From the NCBI GenBank assembly GCA_041912555.1, contig JAYRMU010000019.1, positions 9,119-73,118 on the forward strand: a stretch of DNA of 64,000 nucleotides. The letters run 5' to 3'. This document shows positions 61,127 through 64,000 of the stretch, one piece after another. Origin of the DNA: Thermoanaerobaculia bacterium. Its GTDB lineage: Bacteria > Acidobacteriota > Thermoanaerobaculia > UBA5066 > Gp7-AA6. The first letter of the stretch is position 1, and each line of letters starts with the position of its first letter. The notes under the pieces were generated by a model. It was not told the DNA's origin and did no database searches. It saw only the letters and a list, made by a program, of their open reading frames with translations. The translations under genes and the position numbers were made by a program.

Positions 61127-61817
61127 GATGATGTCGGCAATGGACGTTTCGCACAAGCCCGAGCCCCAATTCGCCGGGGGAGCCCTGCTCGTCGCGGGGT
61201 CGCTCTGCGGCGTCCTCGCGATGGCGCACCACCCGCGCGGCCGCGATCTTCTGGAGGCGGGGCGATTCCTCGCCATGGCGCGGGTCAATGCCGCCGTCCA
61301 CGGCGCCGCGCTCCTCGGAGTCGGGGCGGTCTTCCTCGGCCTGCTCGCCCTGAGGAGGCGCCTCGCCGGGACGGATCTCGCCACGGCGGCGATGGTGGCG
61401 TACGGGTTCGCGGCGGCCGCCGTGATCTCCGCGGCGGTGGCCAGCGGGTTCGTCGCGACCGAGCTGATCGGACGGATCGCGGAGCAGGGGGACGCGGCCG
61501 CGGGCCTCGACCGCGCGCTCCTCGGCTACACGCACCTGCTCAACGAGGCGTACGCGAAGGTCTACGTCGCGGCCTCGTCCCTGTCGCTCGTTCTCTGGGC
61601 CGCCGCGATCCTGCGCACGCGCCGCCTGTCGCCCGCGGCCGGGGTCGCCGGAGCGGGGATCGGCGCCGTCGTGCTGTTCTCCCTCGTCGCGGGCCTGTTG
61701 CGCCTGGACGTGCACGGATTCGGCCTCGTGACGTTCGCGCAGTCGGCGTGGCTCGCCTGGGTGGGGGTCCTGCTGGCGGGGGCGCGCGAAGGCCGTCCGC
61801 CGCGTCCGGGGGCGTGA
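61127..61817 (+). CDS. hypothetical membrane protein (divergent from TetR)
   Basis: Six or more hydrophobic helices. The start codon is uncertain (several in-frame ATG). Confidence 0.45.
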
Positions 61818-61912
61818 CCGGGGCGGCGGACGATTCGCCGATCCCCGGAAAAAGAAAGCGGCGCACCGGGGATCCGGCGCGCCGCGCGTGAAACCGATCC
61901 GGGGGGTTCGGA

Positions 61913-62164
61913 CTACGACTTGGGGGTCGGCTTCGGCGCCGGGGCCTTCTCGGTCGTGGTCTTGGTGCTCTTCGTGTGCTTCTTGGTGGACTTCTTCGTG
62001 CCCGCCTTGGTCGAGGACGTCTCGCTCTTGGTCTCGGTCGACTCCGTCTTCTTGGTCTCCATCGTCGGAGCCGTGGTGGGCTTCGGGGCCGGAGCCGCGG
62101 ACTGCTGGGCGAACGCCGCCAGGGGAAGGGCCAGGGCCAACGCGCTGATCAGGGACTTTTTCAT
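61913..62164 (-). CDS. small secreted Lys/Thr/Ser-rich low-complexity protein
   Basis: Signal peptide MKKSLISALALALPLAAFA, then a low-complexity K/T/S/P tail. Confidence 0.4.
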   Translation of the reverse strand: MKKSLISALALALPLAAFAQQSAAPAPKPTTAPTMETKKTESTETKSETSSTKAGTKKSTKKHTKSTKTTTEKAPAPKPTPKS

Positions 62165-62326
62165 GTCGATCTCCTTTGCGCCGCGCATGCCTCATGCAGC
62201 GCGTCGACGGGAAGGAGACTACGCGGACCTTCGTGAACCGAAGGTGAACGGATTCGGGCCGGCGAGAGCCGACGGGCGGATATGATGCGCGTTCGGGTTC
62301 GCCCGCACCGACGAGGAGCAACTCCC

Positions 62327-62701
62327 ATGCCGCACGACGTTGCCCTGTGGATCGATCACCGGCAGGCCGTCATGGCCGCCGTCACGAAGGACACGGAAAG
62401 CCTGACGCGCCTCGAATCCGGGCTCGAGAAGCACGTCCGGTTCTCCGCGGGCGAGGGCGGGGCGGAGGATTCCCGGGACAAGCGGTTCGAAGGGCACCTC
62501 CACCAGTACTACGACAAGGTCGTCGCGGCGGTGCGCGAGGCGCGGTCCATCCTGATCCTCGGCCCCGGCGAGGCGAAGCACGAGCTGGAAAAGCGGCTCC
62601 GCGATGCGGGGCTCGGAGGGGCCATTGCGGGCGTCGAAGCCGCCGACAAGATGACCGACCCCCAGGTCGCCGCGGCGGCCCGGCGGCGGTTCCGCGAGTA
62701 G
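62327..62701 (+). CDS. hypothetical protein
   Basis: 124-aa ORF with typical codon bias. No domain recognised. Confidence 0.4.
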   Translation: MPHDVALWIDHRQAVMAAVTKDTESLTRLESGLEKHVRFSAGEGGAEDSRDKRFEGHLHQYYDKVVAAVREARSILILGPGEAKHELEKRLRDAGLGGAIAGVEAADKMTDPQVAAAARRRFRE

Positions 62702-62715
62702 GGGCGCAACCGACG

Positions 62716-63426
62716 ATGCGCGCGATCCGCCGGCCCGCCGGCCACGAGGAGAGGCACCGCACCGGCCGCATCGGCTGGCTGCGGGCCGCGGTGCTCGGCG
62801 CCAACGACGGCATCGTGTCCACGGCCAGCCTGGTGCTCGGCGTCGCCGCCGCCCACGCCTCCCACGGCAACATCCTGGTCGCGGGCGTCGCCGGCCTCGT
62901 GGCCGGGGCGATGTCCATGGCGGCGGGCGAATACGTGTCGGTGCACTCGCAGGCCGACAGCGAGAAGGCCGCGCTCGACCTCGAGCGCGCGGAGCTCGCG
63001 GCGGACGACCAGGGGGAGCGCAACGAGCTGACGGCGATCTACGTCGGCCGCGGGCTCGATCCGGCGCTCGCGAAACAGGTGACCGACCAGCTCATGGCCC
63101 ACGACGCGCTCGGCGCGCACGCGCGCGACGAGCTCGGCATCTCCGAGACGTTCCGCGCGCGCCCGATCCAGGCGGCGCTGGCCTCGGCGGCCAGTTTCGC
63201 CGTCGGAGCGGCCATGCCCCTCGTGGTCGCCGTGCTGTCGCCGGAGGCCGGGCTGATCCCGCTCGTGTCGGCGACGTCGCTCGTGTTCCTCGCGGCCCTC
63301 GGGGGCGTGGCGGCGCGCGTGGGCGGCGCCGGCGTCTGGAAGGGCGCGCTCCGCGTCACGTTCTGGGGGGCGCTCGCGATGGCGATCACAGCGGGCGTCG
63401 GCGCGCTCTTCGGAACCACGGCCTGA
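62716..63426 (+). CDS. VIT1/CCC1 family iron/manganese transporter
   Basis: GANDGIVSTASLVLGVAAA and two TM bundles separated by an acidic loop. Confidence 0.75.
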   Translation: MRAIRRPAGHEERHRTGRIGWLRAAVLGANDGIVSTASLVLGVAAAHASHGNILVAGVAGLVAGAMSMAAGEYVSVHSQADSEKAALDLERAELAADDQGERNELTAIYVGRGLDPALAKQVTDQLMAHDALGAHARDELGISETFRARPIQAALASAASFAVGAAMPLVVAVLSPEAGLIPLVSATSLVFLAALGGVAARVGGAGVWKGALRVTFWGALAMAITAGVGALFGTTA

Positions 63427-63488
63427 GCCGCCGCGGTGCCGGGCGGCGGCGAACCGCCGCACCGGCGGAAGGCGGAGCGAAGCCTGGC

Positions 63489-63638
63489 TCAGCCGACGCG
63501 GCGGCCCTGAACGAGCTGGATGATCAGGACGACGACCGCGATCACGAGAAGAACGTGGACGAAGCCCGACATCGTGTAGCCCGTGACCAGACCCAGCGCC
63601 CAGAGCACCAGGAGAATGAGGAAGATCGTCCAGAGCAT
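63489..63638 (-). CDS. lmo0937-family small membrane protein (49 aa)
   Basis: MLWTIFLILLVLWALGLVTGYTMSGFVHVLLVIAVVVLIIQLVQGRRV, typical of this family. Confidence 0.55.
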   Translation of the reverse strand: MLWTIFLILLVLWALGLVTGYTMSGFVHVLLVIAVVVLIIQLVQGRRVG

Positions 63639-63685
63639 GATTCCTCCTCGAGATCAGGCCGACCGATTTGGTCGGCCCGTTCTCA

Positions 63686-63976
63686 CTAATGCGCGACGTG
63701 GTCGTGCTCGTCGGCGAGCGCGTCCGCTTTCAGGTGGTGGACCGTGCCGTCCTTGTGGTTCGGCGGAGCGTAGACGGTGAACAGCCTCAAATCCGTGGTT
63801 CCGGTGTTGATGAGGTTGTGACGTGCGCCCGCGGGAACGACGACGACGTCGTTTTCCTTCACCTCGACCGTGTCGCTGTTGACGACCGCCTTGCCCGTGC
63901 CCGCGACGATGAAGAGCATCTGGTCCGTATCCGGATGCACCTCGGATCCGATGTCGTCCTTCGGCTTGATGCTCAT
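63686..63976 (-). CDS. cupin domain protein
   Basis: Cupin pattern (HPDTDQMLFIVAGTG…VVVVPAGARHN). Confidence 0.6.
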   Translation of the reverse strand: MSIKPKDDIGSEVHPDTDQMLFIVAGTGKAVVNSDTVEVKENDVVVVPAGARHNLINTGTTDLRLFTVYAPPNHKDGTVHHLKADALADEHDHVAH

Positions 63977-64000
63977 GGTGACGAGCTGGCTGTGGGGAGC

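Noticed and set aside
60462-62321. 619-aa ORF
   Set aside because: Only the last 216 codons (TetR regulator) are credible. The upstream part is antisense to the membrane protein and the K-rich protein gene.

Overview
High-GC (~70%) bacterial chromosomal window with about 60 supportable protein genes, four tRNAs and two lower-GC accessory segments. The PEP/IPTL-CTERM-like sorting signals, single C-terminal SLH domains and CRTAC1 gene suggest an Acidobacteria-like organism, but that is a guess.

(1) Positions 1-11138 are a lower-GC integrative island. It abuts the 3' end of a tRNA-Ser(TGA) and carries a large serine recombinase and a small ORF translationally coupled to it, with a palindromic operator/promoter upstream. 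It also carries an HTH (excisionase-like) gene and an ietAS-like pair (AAA+ ATPase + S8 subtilase). Four co-directional unknown, mostly membrane, genes and a 5'-truncated GMC oxidoreductase complete it. The island continues beyond the window start.

(2) A tightly overlapping six-gene minus-strand operon spans 11219-19325. In transcription order it encodes a CRTAC1/ASPIC-UnbV protein, a flavin-dependent halogenase, an SDR, a Spinster-like MFS transporter, a PlsC-type acyltransferase and a PAP2 phosphatase. This is the best candidate for an undescribed system (modified or halogenated lipid synthesis or remodelling).

(3) Several secreted protein families occur. Three paralogues each end in a single C-terminal SLH domain. 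Two modular proteins (BNR propeller; PPC domain) share an unrecognised ~110-aa C-terminal domain. Two proteins carry IPTL-CTERM-like sorting tails.

(4) tRNA-Ser(GCT) and the initiator tRNA-fMet both carry tandem duplicated 3'-end/att-like scars. The tRNA-fMet scar adjoins a lower-GC islet containing a truncated paralogue of an epoxide-hydrolase-type alpha/beta hydrolase encoded 9 kb away.

(5) Core metabolism includes serS (with a long inverted-repeat element over its stop), an EPS-type glycosyltransferase cluster (3x GT2, GT4, priming sugar transferase), RicT and an Hfq-like gene, and eno-ftsB. There is an L-arabinose locus: GH127, a FucI-family isomerase, ribulokinase, a fused ABC ATPase-permease and a binding protein. 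Also present are glgC, namA, an ArsR-SRPBCC pair, TetR, a VIT transporter and a histone-H1-like basic protein.

Many long ORFs in the supplied track are Arg/Pro/Gly/Ala-rich frame artefacts of the high GC content and were rejected.
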